From Octopus sinensis (lineage: Eukaryota), in assembly GCF_006345805.1 (NCBI RefSeq), contig NC_043003.1, positions 82,026,001 through 82,090,000 of the forward strand: a stretch of 64,000 bases of DNA. Direction: 5' to 3'. The notes beneath the pieces are model-generated. The model saw only the letters and a list, made by a program, of their open reading frames with translations. It did no database searches and was not told the origin of the DNA. Shown here in pieces: positions 39,158-52,565 of the stretch; the first letter of the stretch is position 1; the number at the start of each line of letters is the position of its first letter. A program made the position numbers and the translations under genes.

Positions 39158-40468
39158 TATATATACATACGAAAGAAGGTTTGAAATGCAATTTAAAAGA
39201 TGTTTATTTACTTTACCGGTTTCACTCTTTGGAAAAAGATTGTCAAAAGTAACATGTAGAAGTTTGGTTGCGTTAATTATTGGTTGTTACAAATTGCTAC
39301 ATTACATATATACAGTCTTTGGTAACAGGGACATGTTAAGGACATAAAAAAGTTCAACAAGTTCCTTAAAATATTGGGCACAAAAGATTCCTACATAAAT
39401 AATCGTTCTCAAGGACATGCTTAAGATAATTTCCAGAAGGAATTGATATTGGTATTGGTATTGTATCTGTATATTCAAACATGCACAGAATATTGGTTGA
39501 CACAGAGTACTACAATCCATATAAATATACATTCTTTGGTGACAAGAGCATGCTGAGAATATAAAAAAATTTAACAAGCTCACTGAAATAATGGGCACAA
39601 AAGATTACAACAAATATATTATACATTCTCAAGATAATTTCTAGAAGGAATTATTAAGAAAGTTCAGTATACACGTACAGAATATTATGAGTTCAAAAAG
39701 ATTTACATTATAATAGTAGTGAAGCTAAACTGACCTGTCCGATATGGTAGCGTAAAAGGAGGAGTAAAGAATTGAAAAGAATTTACCCTTTTTTGTCTCT
39801 CCTTCAAGCATCAATGATTTTGGGGTCAGGATGGGGTGAGTGTGTGTGTCTTTGTGCCTGTGTGTGTGTGTGTATACATACATATGTGGTTTGAATAGAT
39901 GTGTCTGTGTGTCTGTAAGATCTGGTAGGATGGTGTGTCCGTTTGTCAACCGCGTGTGTGGTTGTCTTGGTTTTGTGTGTGTGTGTATGTGTGTGGATGG
40001 CATTTGGCATGGTGCTGCGTGTGTATATGTGTGTCTGTATGGAGGTGAGATTGGTGTGAGTGTGTGTGTCCTTGTGTGTGTGCATATACATGTATACATG
40101 TGTTTGTGTGCGTTGGGGGGGGGGGCTGTTATTGTTGGTTCCAGGGCGTTGTAAATAGATCTGGTGTAAATAGAGGTGTGTTATTTAAAGAATTTTTTGG
40201 GGTAGGATGGTGTATGTATATGTGTGCCTGTTTGTGTGTGTGTATGTGTTTGTTCGTATGTGTGTCCATGTCTGTTGGGTGTATCTGTGTGGCATGTGTG
40301 TATATGCGCTTTGCGTGTGTTGGTATTGAGTATGTGTTTGTGTGTGTGCGTATATATGGTGTGGGTGTACGCGTCTTTGTGTGCGTATATACATGTATAC
40401 ATGTGTCTACGCGTGTGTGCGGGCCACACATACACACTACATATACATACATATATATATATATATAT

Positions 40469-40487
<19 letters not shown>
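37801..40487. repeat. Near-identical 1361-bp tandem duplication
   Basis: Copies start at 37801 and 39162; identical ORFs recur at +1361; differences essentially limited to microsatellite/homopolymer length; (TA)n at all junctions. Confidence 0.97.
39060..39165. repeat. Representative (TA)n/(CA)n microsatellite; dozens across the window
   Basis: Similar tracts at e.g. 7741, 8216, 13026, 17145, 21155, 23430, 33418, 34378, 40442, 46410, 50767, 61340; they generate most listed ORFs. Confidence 0.97.
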
Positions 40488-40508
<21 letters not shown>

Positions 40509-40509
40509 G

Positions 40510-40548
<39 letters not shown>

Positions 40549-40866
40549 ATATGCATATATATCTTTTTAATTTGTTTATAGGAAACGTTTTGAATATGGA
40601 AATAAAGCCCTTACTCCTTATTCCATTATGCCGGCCACAGTCTAATGATGCTGCCTGGTGAACCAGTCATCCCTGTAGCCATTCCAGGAATACGGACTGT
40701 GATCATAAGACACATGTGACTTTTGGAAACACACGTAGCGATGCATTAAATGTTTATAAATTGAATCCAAATAATATTAATATTATTATTTCATATATGT
40801 ATATAAGTGTGCGTGTTTGTGCCTATTTCTGTGTTTGTGTGTACATGTGAGTGAGTGTGTGTGTGT

Positions 40867-40897
<31 letters not shown>

Positions 40898-41140
40898 CAG
40901 GTAATTATATTTTTCTGCATATGTGCTTGTATGCCTACATTACAGAACAGCTTCATTTAACAAAGTTGGCCTTAAGATACTAATTTTCCTAAATCAATTT
41001 GGTCATTATCTGAAACAATTTTAGTTTTATCTAGAATAAAAATCCCCCCATTTTCACTCTGGTGTTGAAGCAGTCATGGGAGTGTTGAGGCGTCCATTTG
41101 TTTTTTTACCGGAGATGAAGAATTATGTACATTATATAAC

Positions 41141-41378
41141 GTTTGACGGATATTTGTCCTCATCTTGTTTGTTGTTAACACAACGTTTCAGTTGATATAC
41201 CCTCCAGCTTTCTTCAGGTCTTGCGGACATTTTGAACCTGGGTTCTCACTCCTAAGGTATTTTTCAATGTTATTATTATTATTATCATTATTATTATTGT
41301 TAGTGTTCAGGTGCTTGGAATCGAAATCGGGATCTTGGGGTTAGTAGCCAGCGCTCTTAACCACTACGCCTTATGCCA
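41141..41378 (-). mobile_element. SINE family C with hammerhead-like 3' tail
   Basis: Reverse complement of the family C head at 41320-41378; tail contains CTGAAGA...GAAAC at 41184-41217. A further family C fragment at ~41550-41645. Confidence 0.85.
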
Positions 41379-41567
41379 GCAATTATGGAGTGAATTTTAG
41401 GGCTTATAAATCTAATATTTTCTATCCTTCCTTAATACCGGTTCCCATATGCTGCCCATATCTGCACTTGGTCTGCTTAGGAGGTTGCTGTGTCCTAGCA
41501 TATGCGCTAATTCTTTTAGGTTTCGTATTTTCCAGTGATGTTCTTTGTCTATCAGTGACCTGAACAC

Positions 41568-41622
<55 letters not shown>

Positions 41623-42489
41623 AACAACAACATCGAACAATACCTTTAAAATAATTACACTGATAGTTTTCGTAGCTACTACTTTTCGTTACTTTGTTTT
41701 AATATTTTGGCATGTATTTTTTAAATAGCAATAAAGGAACTAACACCACTTACATACTTGTCATTCTTTGTGAAATTCGTTATACATTAGTTTTGTTGTC
41801 GACTACTATTTTCTTTAACAATTGTTTTTTTTTTCATATGCTCTTATGTAAAGTATTACTATGACTCGCTCGAAAACGACATGAATGCTTTGTATCTATA
41901 TGACCATTGCATCATTTTATTCTTGAAGTTTACAAGTTTCCTGATTGCACTGGAATTTATAAATTACATTACGTTGACAGTTTAGTTGTACATTCTGTGG
42001 TTTATCCGTTCGGTGTTTTGTGCTACAAAAATTTTCAGATGGTTTTGTAATATATTTTGATATTAAGTTTGTTGTTATGGATAATATATGTCGAGTTTAG
42101 TTTATTGAGCGGTTTTCTGTCTGTCTAGCTACTGTGTAAACGATGTGCATTTTGTTCTAATGTTTTTACGATTATTTCCGTTTATATTTTCTTGAACCAC
42201 GATTTCTAGACAGTGACCATTCTTATTATCAATAGCTTCGAAGATTTTATCTGAAGAATTTTAGTCAAAACGTCTAATAAAACGAAACAACACTTAATAG
42301 AGATTGTTGTCCGTTTTTAACCCATGCCAGGTGTAAAACCTACATTATTCTAATTGTAATCATCTTGAGTTGTGTTCTCTTAGACTATACGAAATACATA
42401 CAAATATCTAAACCGCTAAAAGTTTGACTATTTTTAATATTTCGCATGTCTAATTCTGTCCCTCGTCCAGAATATGTATATACTATATA

Positions 42490-42780
42490 TCTATTATATA
42501 AAATCCGTTCTGTGTGTGTATGTGTGTGTGTTTTCTCGGATCTCGGGCATCCTCCATCCGATTGAACTCAAATTTGATATGCAGATACCGACGGTATCAG
42601 GTCGTGTACAAGTCTTGCAAAAATTACGAAAATCGATTCCAAGTGAGAATGCAATCGATAAAGCCGTTTTTGTCCTGCTTTTCTTCCGTCAACCCGTACA
42701 TAACTGCACCTTCGATCTTTTGTTGTTTTTGTACTACTTAAAGGCACGTTTCTTTCCTGCCAAGCTTACTTTTTAAACCA
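42490..42780 (+). mobile_element. Non-autonomous Helitron-like 5' end
   Basis: A|TCTATTATATAAAATCCGTTC(TG)n...TTTCTC...CCGATTGAACTCAAATTTG resembles known animal non-autonomous Helitron 5' ends; no 3' hairpin/CTAG identified. Confidence 0.45.
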
Positions 42781-43050
42781 TGTTTGTTCTTCAAGTCAAC
42801 AGCATTATCATTACTGGTGCTTTAAACTCTTTGGTTGCATATTTGTGTGAATAAAATCGTTTTTCTTTGGAATAGTAAAAAGTCTACCTTTATTTCTTCT
42901 TTTGCTGATATCTCAAATTTAGGTTAAATCAGTGTTTCTCAAAGGGGAGGCCTATGGGACGGTCGGACAAGTTGTTTTGTGAAAATTCGGTTTAAATGTT
43001 TGACAACTCAGCACCGTCCATTGGACGGGGGGGGGCGTTTTTCTCGTGTT

Positions 43051-43089
<39 letters not shown>

Positions 43090-43662
43090 AGAGAGAGAAA
43101 GAGAAAGAGGGGGAGAGAAAGAGATAGAGGGGGAGAAAGATATGTGTGTTTGTATGTTGTAATATAAGGTTTTAAAATATATCAAAACTATATTATACGT
43201 AGTTTCTGCATTATAAGAAAGAGAACTTAATACACTGTGTACAGTGAATAGGTAAATTTCTTGTATCAAAAGTTCAGTCTACTATGAATTTTGCATTTGA
43301 CTTGGCTGTTCGTGACAATCACAGGTTCACGTTTCTTTGTGCCAGTGTGTAAGTGCGTGTTTATCTGTATTATACATACGTTATATGTATATAAGGAGCT
43401 CTCCCGTCAAAGACCGTGTATAAGTGTTCAGTTTTTTGCCGAACTACCTGGACAAATGGTTTGTTTATAGTGATCGTATGTATGTACTGTACATTACCTC
43501 TCTCCCTCCATCAAATCCATGTTGCCTGGTTAGGTGCATGGTGTACCACGCGGTAGGTGTCAAAGTGATCGCATAGCAACGTGAGGTTAAGTATTTTGCT
43601 CAAGTCTGGGAATTCAAACCACAATCTCGCGATCGTGAACGACATCTTACGGAATAGGTGTG

Positions 43663-43694
<32 letters not shown>

Positions 43695-43754
43695 TGCATG
43701 CATGCATGTATGTATGTATGTATGCATGTATGTACGTATTCAGGGTATTACTCA

Positions 43755-44154
43755 TTACTCTTTTACTTGTTTCAGTCATTTGACTGCGGCCATGCTAGAG
43801 CACAGCCTTTGGTCGAGCAAATTGACCCAAGGACCTATTCTTTGTAAGCCTAGTACTTATTCTTACTTATTCTATCGGTCTCATTTGCCAAACCACTAAG
43901 TTACGGGGACGTAGACAAACCAGCATCGGTTGTCAAGCGATGTTGGGGGGAAACAAACACAGACACACAAACATATACACACACATACATATATATATTT
44001 GTATATACGATGAGCTTCTTTCAGTTTCCGTCTACCAAATCACAAGGCTTTGGTCGGCCCGAGACTATAGCAGAAGACACTTGCCCAAGTTTGCCACGCA
44101 GTGGGACTGAACCCAGAACCATGTGATTGGTAAGCAGGCTACTTACCACACAGC
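43755..44154 (-). mobile_element. SINE family A
   Basis: Full-length match to the 22424-22910 copy. Confidence 0.9.
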
Positions 44155-44254
44155 ATAAAAAGAATAGAAAAGAATATCTCATCCAAAAGTAAAACTATTT
44201 TTAAACAATTAAAATAATCAACTACATTTTGGTTAGCAGATAACAGTTTACTAA

Positions 44255-44430
44255 AAGCAGCCGGCTTTAGCTTCCAGCACGGACTCAAGACGGCTTCGGA
44301 AACCTGGCGCATGCTTTCTTACTGTTTTCCTGGGAATATGTCCGAACACCTCTTTGGTCTCCGTGACCAGCTCGAACTTGCTGTTGCAAGCAGACCGACT
44401 GGCCAACCACAACCCACTCAGAGTAATCAA
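44255..44430 (-). mobile_element. Tc1/mariner transposase C-terminal remnant
   Basis: KEVFGHIPRKTVRKHAPGFRSRLESVLEAKAGCF*, preceded by a frameshifted DYSEWVVV. Confidence 0.7.
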
Positions 44431-45924
44431 TAGTATCGCAATCAGAAAGGATGAAATGCAAAAGCGACCACAGTGGAATTTGAACTCTCAACGTAAACAT
44501 ATACGAAATGCCACGAAACATATTGCCTTGCGTGCAAAGAACTGTGCCAACTTGCCACCTACTCTAAATAGTATAAAATGCTTTGGTATCATCTTGGTGA
44601 TACTATTAAGCATTGAATACTTCAAGGTACTCATTATTGAAATTCATGATAATAGTTTTAAATGTTATTTAATTTATTGGCTCTGAAAGAATGTAAAACC
44701 GACCTCGATGAAATTTAAACTCAGAACGTATGGACGGATGAAATACTGCTAAGCATTCTGCCTGGCGTGCTAACGACTCCGTCAGATCGTCGCTTTGATT
44801 TCAGTATGACGATGACGTCATTTGCATTACTGATTTTTTAACAATATTTTATATAGAGACAACCTATTTTTTATTGTCGATTCCTTTCCACTAAGCTCTT
44901 GAATGTAAAACAACAAATATGTAAGCAGATCACCCATTGATAACGAGTCGTACATCCGGCATATTTACATATGTAGAAAAATTGAGATTAACTGCACACA
45001 TAGCTAAGTGATCAAATAACGTAATCAAGATAATCGTATATCGCTTAGGCGATAAACTGGGGTCGAACTTTCTGAGGAGATTCAATATCATTTAATTAAA
45101 TCATTATAGTTAATATATTAAGGTGAGAAATTAATCTATAGATCCTGAGTTCTGGAAGAAGCTACTGACATGCACAAGCACACACACACACACACACACA
45201 TACGTGTGGAGGGAAGGGGTGCCTGTATGTAGATAGTTAGAGATGTACACACACACACACACACAAATACACACACACACATACACATATATGTTGAAGC
45301 AGAGGAGTGTTTCGTCTGTGTACTGGAGTTCTGTTTATGAATATTCTACATAGGTAATCGATTTCTGTGGGAAAAAAAAAATTCTTTCAAAATATAGTAA
45401 TATGCAAGAAAAAACAAACGATTACAATACAAGATAGAAGATAATTAATGAAGTTTAGGATATTACGCAAACCAGTCAGAAGTGTAAATAATTATTCTGA
45501 GCCACTCCTTGCACATGTGCAAATAGGTTCACACTTAGTTCTCTGTGTGCGCGTGTATGTGCGTGTATGTATGTTACTGGTGTTTTTTTCAATTAATGCA
45601 ATGCGATTCATGGGGGGGGGTATCATATTTAAGGGTGACAATCGATCATATTAAACCCGGTATATATTTTTAAGTTCACTGTGCGAGCGGTTATGTGTGT
45701 GCATATATATATATATATATATATCTATTCCTATATATGTGTAATTATGAATTTACATTTGTATATAACTGTTTAATCTGAATAGGGCAGAATGGAAATT
45801 TTAAAAAATTACTGGTGACTGTTTCTGTGTCCAAGATATATCGTCATAGGTTATGGTAAAACATAAGCTCATATGTCTTCTTCTTTTCGCCCTATTGAAA
45901 CCTAGCCAGGATCATGTGCCTGGT

Positions 45925-46170
45925 TTGTTGGTTTCTGTGGCGTATGTGTTCCCCCCCCCCAGCCTATCGTTACTCAAGAAACAGGAAGAGAGAGTGAGAG
46001 AAAGTTGTGGCGAAAGAGTACAACAGGGGTCGTCACCACCACCCTACCGGAGCGTCGTGGAGCTTTTAGGTGTTTTCGCTGAATAAACACACACAACGCC
46101 CGGTCTGGGAATCGAAACCGCGACCTTCTGAGCGCAAGTCTGTGCCCTAACCACTGGGTCATTGCGTCTC
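45925..46170 (-). mobile_element. tRNA-derived SINE, family D
   Basis: - strand gacgcaatgacccagtggttagggc...ggtttcgattcccagaccgggcg head (A and B boxes). Confidence 0.8.
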
Positions 46171-46408
46171 CAAGATCATATGTAATTATTATATAAGCTC
46201 ATGTACTCATTTCCTTATTCATAACAAATATTTTATTCGATTTCTATACTCTTTTGCATAATTAACCTAAGTTTACTATGAAATTGCATTATATATGAAA
46301 TTATTTGGCACTTTTTACAATTATGCACAATTGCGATAATTTATCCTCTATTTTCGTAATCTCATTTCTCATTTGTCATTTACTCCTCTTCCTCTGTGCA
46401 GATGTTCA

Positions 46409-46450
<42 letters not shown>

Positions 46451-48075
46451 ATAATATATATATATATAATATATATATATATATGAGTGTATGTGTGTTT
46501 GTGTGTGTGTGTGTGTGGTGTGTGTGTGTTACATCAGTGATACACAATTCGAGCTTTCCAATTAATTACTATTCTAAAACCTTTACTTGGGTCTCATATT
46601 TAAGAAAACGAAAAATTTTGTAGCTGCTTTCGTCGATCTTATTTACTCCAGACCTCGTTATCTTACTAACAGGGATATGTTTTAGCATGTTTAATATGAG
46701 TGAAATACAACTAACTGATGACGTTATTCTTTCATAGAATAAATTAACAATAATAATCCATAACACTTATTTAAACAATTATTATATCCTGTATTCATAT
46801 CTCCCATTTTTGATTGTCACATGACTCTGTTTTATGATATTGAGCGGCATGATGTTAACCTCACTGGAGACACCCAAAACCCATCACAATTTTGGAGAAC
46901 ATGCTTTTCGGGATACAACTGTCTTTTCTGCCCAAAGGGTTTTTTCAGTCAGTATTTACATGCTAATATTTATAGCTTTATATATTTCGGGTTCCATCGT
47001 TAAAAAACGAATTATTCCACTTCCCATGAAGTTAGCAATACACACACACAAACGTGCGCGTGCATCGCCTTTTGTATTAGGAAGTTAAGTATAATTTTGG
47101 TGTAAGAAGAAATCATGTTACTCTAGGACTAAAATTATTTGGCTTCTCCCATGTACGAGTTGTAACTGTAAATAATTTTCATCGTTATTCTGACGTCATC
47201 AGCGAATTATATTCTTCATCAAACTTAATGAAGTACTCACAAAATATTGAACAAATGAATGAACATGATTGTACACCTATTAAAATAAAATTTTATTGCA
47301 TAGCCATTAAATAATTCAGAGGTGGTAACCAATATTTAAGTAACATTTTTAATTCATTGACAGCTAAATAGATATAATGTAGTCGAAATATATCTAATGA
47401 ATGCCTCTATACAGAACTCATCCAAACTATTATATTGATGTAGGTTTATCATTGCTTAGGCTTTCTATTTTTGTCCGACACCTTACAAAAATACGAACGA
47501 TATGACAGCAAAGATTTGTCGCTGCATATGTTTCAGATTTTATGCTGATATATTCCGTTTCACTCTAATTCTGTAAATTACTCCCAGTGTTTCTTGTTTG
47601 ATAAATGGGTGGCATGTAGCAAATTATGCTACCTGTTAGAGAGAGATTTTATCGATGGTCCAGCTGTGCTAATTAAAAAATCTAAACAAATAAACATGGG
47701 AAGGTTAAGGGAATTATCAATAAAGGGTAGTAAAATGTTAATATCCTGGAAATATTTCTTTTGATCATTTTAGCTTGATCTCCCATCTACTTGCAAATGT
47801 ATTACTTTTGGTTCCAATCCCAATCTGATTGATTTCTTTCATTCATTGATCTGCAAATATATAGTTTAGCGGTTTACTTCAGGTTCGCCAGTAAGAAACT
47901 ACAGTAGCAAAAACAAATGAGACATCAATCAGCAATACGAATATACTACATTCTATGGCAGCTGTTGCATCCAACAAAGAGTGTAGCTAAGAAAAACAGA
48001 GCGAAAAAAAAATAGGTTGAACAATTAAGAAAGCAAGCGAAATTAGAAAAGAATACAAAGATATATAACAAAATT

Positions 48076-48197
48076 TTATATGGTCACACAAGAAACGGGT
48101 GGCTTGCCAAAACGACATAAGACTTTTCTTGATAGCAGCTGTCTTCTATATACATTCGATTTCTCTAAATCCTCTTGTAAGCTGTTATTTTCAGAGG
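48076..48197 (-). CDS. Candidate terminal exon of the - strand gene
   Basis: Acceptor ctcattttatgtatttttcag; phase 1: SENNSLQEDLEKSNVYRRQLLSRKVLCRFGKPPVSCVTI*; joins the 49.6-kb exon in frame. Confidence 0.4.
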
Positions 48198-49582
48198 CTG
48201 AAAAATACATAAAATGAGATGTCGTTATTGTGCTTCTTGACATTTTGGTTTGTAGCAACATTTTCCGTGGGATTCTTTTTGTTACGTTTATATCTTATTT
48301 TTATTCTTTCAATAAATAAGCCTACCGATTCAGAATCAGAGAATATCACAAACAATCGTTTTCTTTTGGGGCTCGTTTAAAGATTAAGCCAGATGGATAT
48401 GACAAAATATCAATTTAATCTCATGCAGTAATATATAAGAAGAATTGCTATTCATGTCTTTATATGTTCAATCGTCTTCCACAGTAATATAATTTTTTTA
48501 GGATATGTTTTATAACATATCTTATAATGTTGATAAGGGCAGCAGCAAACCGTTAACCCAAGCTGCAACTATTCAAATATCGATCTTAGCATCGAATTAC
48601 TCACAACTGTGACAAAGATTTAAATGTTTTATAACTTTATATTCTTACAAAATTACAACATAAAAATACTAAAACACAATTATAAAAATAAAAATTGAAT
48701 ATTTCTTTTAGCTTATACTTACCGTATCAACTTAACTGCTGTATTTTATATCAAAGTAACCAAGTTATATTCCGATATCAATAAAATATATAACAGATTT
48801 TAGTACTAGTACATAGGTTCTGATATATTTACCGGTGATTTGTGTCATAAAGTTTTAATGTACCCTATTATATATATTATATTGTTAAAAGTTTAGGGAA
48901 AAATTTTCGGAGTGATGCATTATATAGCTTAGATATGTATAAAAAAATAATGCGTAGATAAAACTAAGTTTCAAAAAGAAATGTGTGCGTAATTTTGTCT
49001 GTAACTCTATACGCATGTATATACACATATATAAATATGTACATATGCATACATGTGTGTATGTGTAGTGATATAACACAGTGGGAAAATATTTTAACAC
49101 AATGAATAATTTACCACTATGAAAATAGAGATATCTATTTCCGCTGTCTGCTAATTTATAAATCTATGTATTTTTTAGAGTCATCTATCTCTGTCACTTG
49201 GATTTCTATACGGTTAGACATTAAAACCGAGACGACCTACAAGGCATCAATTTTCTTTTATATTCTTTTGATACTCAAGCATTTACTCATAATATCTGCC
49301 ACTACGATGCGTAAACCACATTACTACATCGAAACTTAACACCCCTATGTAAGCGTTTTGCATAAGATAAAACAAAGCTATGTATTTGTCTGTGTTATGT
49401 ATGTGTATTCTATATATATCTGTTTGTGTGTGTGTGTTACGTTTATATGCTTGAATGTATATATATATATAAATGTATATGTGTGTACATATATATGAGA
49501 GTGTGTGAGTGTGTGTGCATACACACGTCAACTGTTTACCATACACGCATATACGTACATTAATACATACATCTTTACATAC

Positions 49583-49723
49583 GTGACGCAAAACCAGCTT
49601 CACCATTATCAGTTTTGAGACTTGATATAAATCTCTTTCGTGTCATATCAAATCCATTCCAGCCTTGTGTGTGAAATTGCACAGACCGTGACTGTGAAAC
49701 CCGTACAGTGGAATGTAGCTGTA
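49583..49723 (-). CDS. Candidate internal exon of the - strand gene
   Basis: Acceptor gttgcctctctgcag, donor TCAC|gtatgt; 141 bp, phase 1 to 1: QLHSTVRVSQSRSVQFHTQGWNGFDMTRKRFISSLKTDNGEAGFAS. Confidence 0.4.
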
Positions 49724-49910
49724 CTGCAGAGAGGCAACACTTTCACACTCTTTTCTCCACTAATTTTCCTTTAGAATTACGTCTAGAATAATACTGCCTA
49801 TGATACACACAGCATCTTACATTGTTCTTCAAAGAGAAAGCAGTTTTGTCGATTGAATGATTTACACACTCATAGTCCAATCCGCAGCATAGTCCCTTTC
49901 TTTTTATTTA

Positions 49911-50305
49911 TACTCTTTTACTTGTTTCACTCATTTGACTTTAGCCATACTGGAGCACCGCCTTTAGTCGAGCAAATCGACACCAGGAATTATTTTTTGT
50001 AAGCCTAGTACTTATTCAATCGGTCTCTTTTACCGAACTGCTAAGTTATGGGGTCGTAAACACACCAGCATCGGTTGTCAAGCGATGTTGGGAGGGGGAC
50101 AAACACACTCACACAAACATATACACACATACATATATATACACATATATACGACGGGCTTCTTTCAGTTTCAGTCTACCAAATCCACTCACAGGGAGTT
50201 GGTCGGCCGGAGGCAATAGTAGGAGATACTTGCCCAAGGTGCCACGCAGTGGGACTTAACCCGGAACCATGCGGTTGGTAAACAAGCTACTTTCCACACA
50301 ACCAC
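49911..50305 (-). mobile_element. SINE family A
   Basis: Full-length match to the other family A copies. Confidence 0.9.
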
Positions 50306-50767
50306 TCTTATACATTCATACATATGAAAACACATATGTACGCAAAAACATACACCACCTATATGTATGCTTTTGTCTTTTATGTCTTTGGTGTATCGAT
50401 GATACTTGATTCACAATTGTGTGTTATGCAATGCTAACCACATAAATATAAATATCGACTAGGGCCACAAACATGACCAATACGACATTAAGTGGCTTCT
50501 ATAAGGCGAGCAATTTGCGACTTTCGTAACGAGACTACTTTGAAAATCCTAGCAGCCATTCTAAAACTGTCACGGTTGTCGTTTAAAAAATTGTACAAGA
50601 GCTGCAGATGAACTCTGATAGTGACCAGTTTAGATTATATTACAAAAAATTTGACACCTCAAAAAATATGTGAAAAGAGATTTTAAAGATTTCCTAATCT
50701 TTAAATGGCTAAAATAGTGAAATTAATATGTATTCATGCATAAATACGGGCACATAATCACAAACGC

Positions 50768-50801
<34 letters not shown>

Positions 50802-50803
50802 AT

Positions 50804-50848
<45 letters not shown>

Positions 50849-50973
50849 GAAGTGAATCTAACGGTTTTTGTGTGTTTCTTAAATGGCTTATAAACACGTT
50901 CCACGCTGTAATTGTTTTCATTCCAGCACACGATCTCAGATTAGGTCACTTGCTATGCAAGTACATCTCCGTA

Positions 50974-51015
<42 letters not shown>

Positions 51016-52565
51016 TATATATATATGCATGTATGTATGTATTTGTGTACGCGTTTATACGTGTATGTATGTATGTGTATATATGTGTGTATGTCTTTAC
51101 ATCAACTTAAAAATGTAACATAAGTAGATTCTCTACAGAAGACAAGCTGTAAGTAGTGATTTTGATCAGATTCTCGTATTAGATGAAGCTAGTTTACTAC
51201 AAGTTATATCATCAGTGTGATCTCTTGGAAAACTTTATTTCACTTGTAGTTCACCAGTGGTTGAAATATTCTTGAATCATGCAAGTTAAAATTGAGAAAG
51301 TACACATTAGAAAGGCATATACTTGCTTAGTGTCCTTATACAGTAAAGAGAGTAACGAGGGTAATTTTATACCCATACTTTAGAAGATTATTGAAGTTTG
51401 TTACATCAAACATTGCTATTTCTTAGAATTTTTCAGCTTGGATCCCAATCAACCCTATTCAAAAATCTTACAAAGCATAGATCAAATACTATGTATAATA
51501 TTACAGCCATCGATATGGAAAATTTTAATGGTACTCTCAACACACTATTATTTCGGAAATTGAATTGACTAATTATACACTCAGTAGTCTACTCCTAATA
51601 TAGTTGTGCATATGTATGTGTGTGTGTATGTATGCATGCATCCGCGCGCGTGTGTGTGTGCATGTGTGTGCACGTATATGTATGCGCACGTGAGTGTGTG
51701 CCTTCAGTAAATCGTGGCACAAAGTACCACAAACACAAATATTTTCTTATGCTGCTATGGAATACAATAATTGCTGTTTGGGAATATTGAAATTATAGCT
51801 ACAGTCTTGCTTAGTTATTTTGGAATGTTCGACTAGGTGTGTCTCTTTTTAAAAAAAAAAAAATTACTTTGATATTTTTAAAGGATTCTAAGACCTTTGT
51901 ATATTAATAAGTTAATCAGAGAGGTAATATTGTATATTCTACTCCTAATTGCACGGGGAATTTTTCAACTCATTAAGAATGGATTCCTCAGAGCTTCTCA
52001 ATGTGTAGGGAAAAAAGCTACAAAAAAAGGTTTATTCGACGATTTCAATGGCTGGCTTTAATCATATATGTACTTTAATTTTCTTCAGTACGAAGAAATA
52101 AACACACATTAATCAATATCTTAATCTATTTTTATAAAATTCCTCCGACCTCTACTGTAAGGTATTCACGCTATGGATATTTATGTGCTTGGTTTAGTTA
52201 CCAATTTTTTTTTTAATAGAGTAATAAATGAAGCGATCAATTTGTTTTACTGTTATTTGAACCCAGAGTGTCGACTTATCAACGTTATGAATCATGAAGA
52301 TTTATAAACTATTTTAATGGTAAGTCACATTTTCAGTCGGAAATTTTCCCTAAAAAACTCACTCAATAAAACGTTTGGAGTATAAACTTTGAAGAAATTG
52401 GGATTCAACTGTGGACTGGATGGCTCCCAAATTTCACCGGCCAGCAAATTTATAGAAATGATTGCTCTAAGAAAATACTTTTATACTTGTATTCAAAATA
52501 GACAGCTACAATCCTAAGACATTAAAAATGAAGATAAATAAATAAATAGATACATATATAAACTA

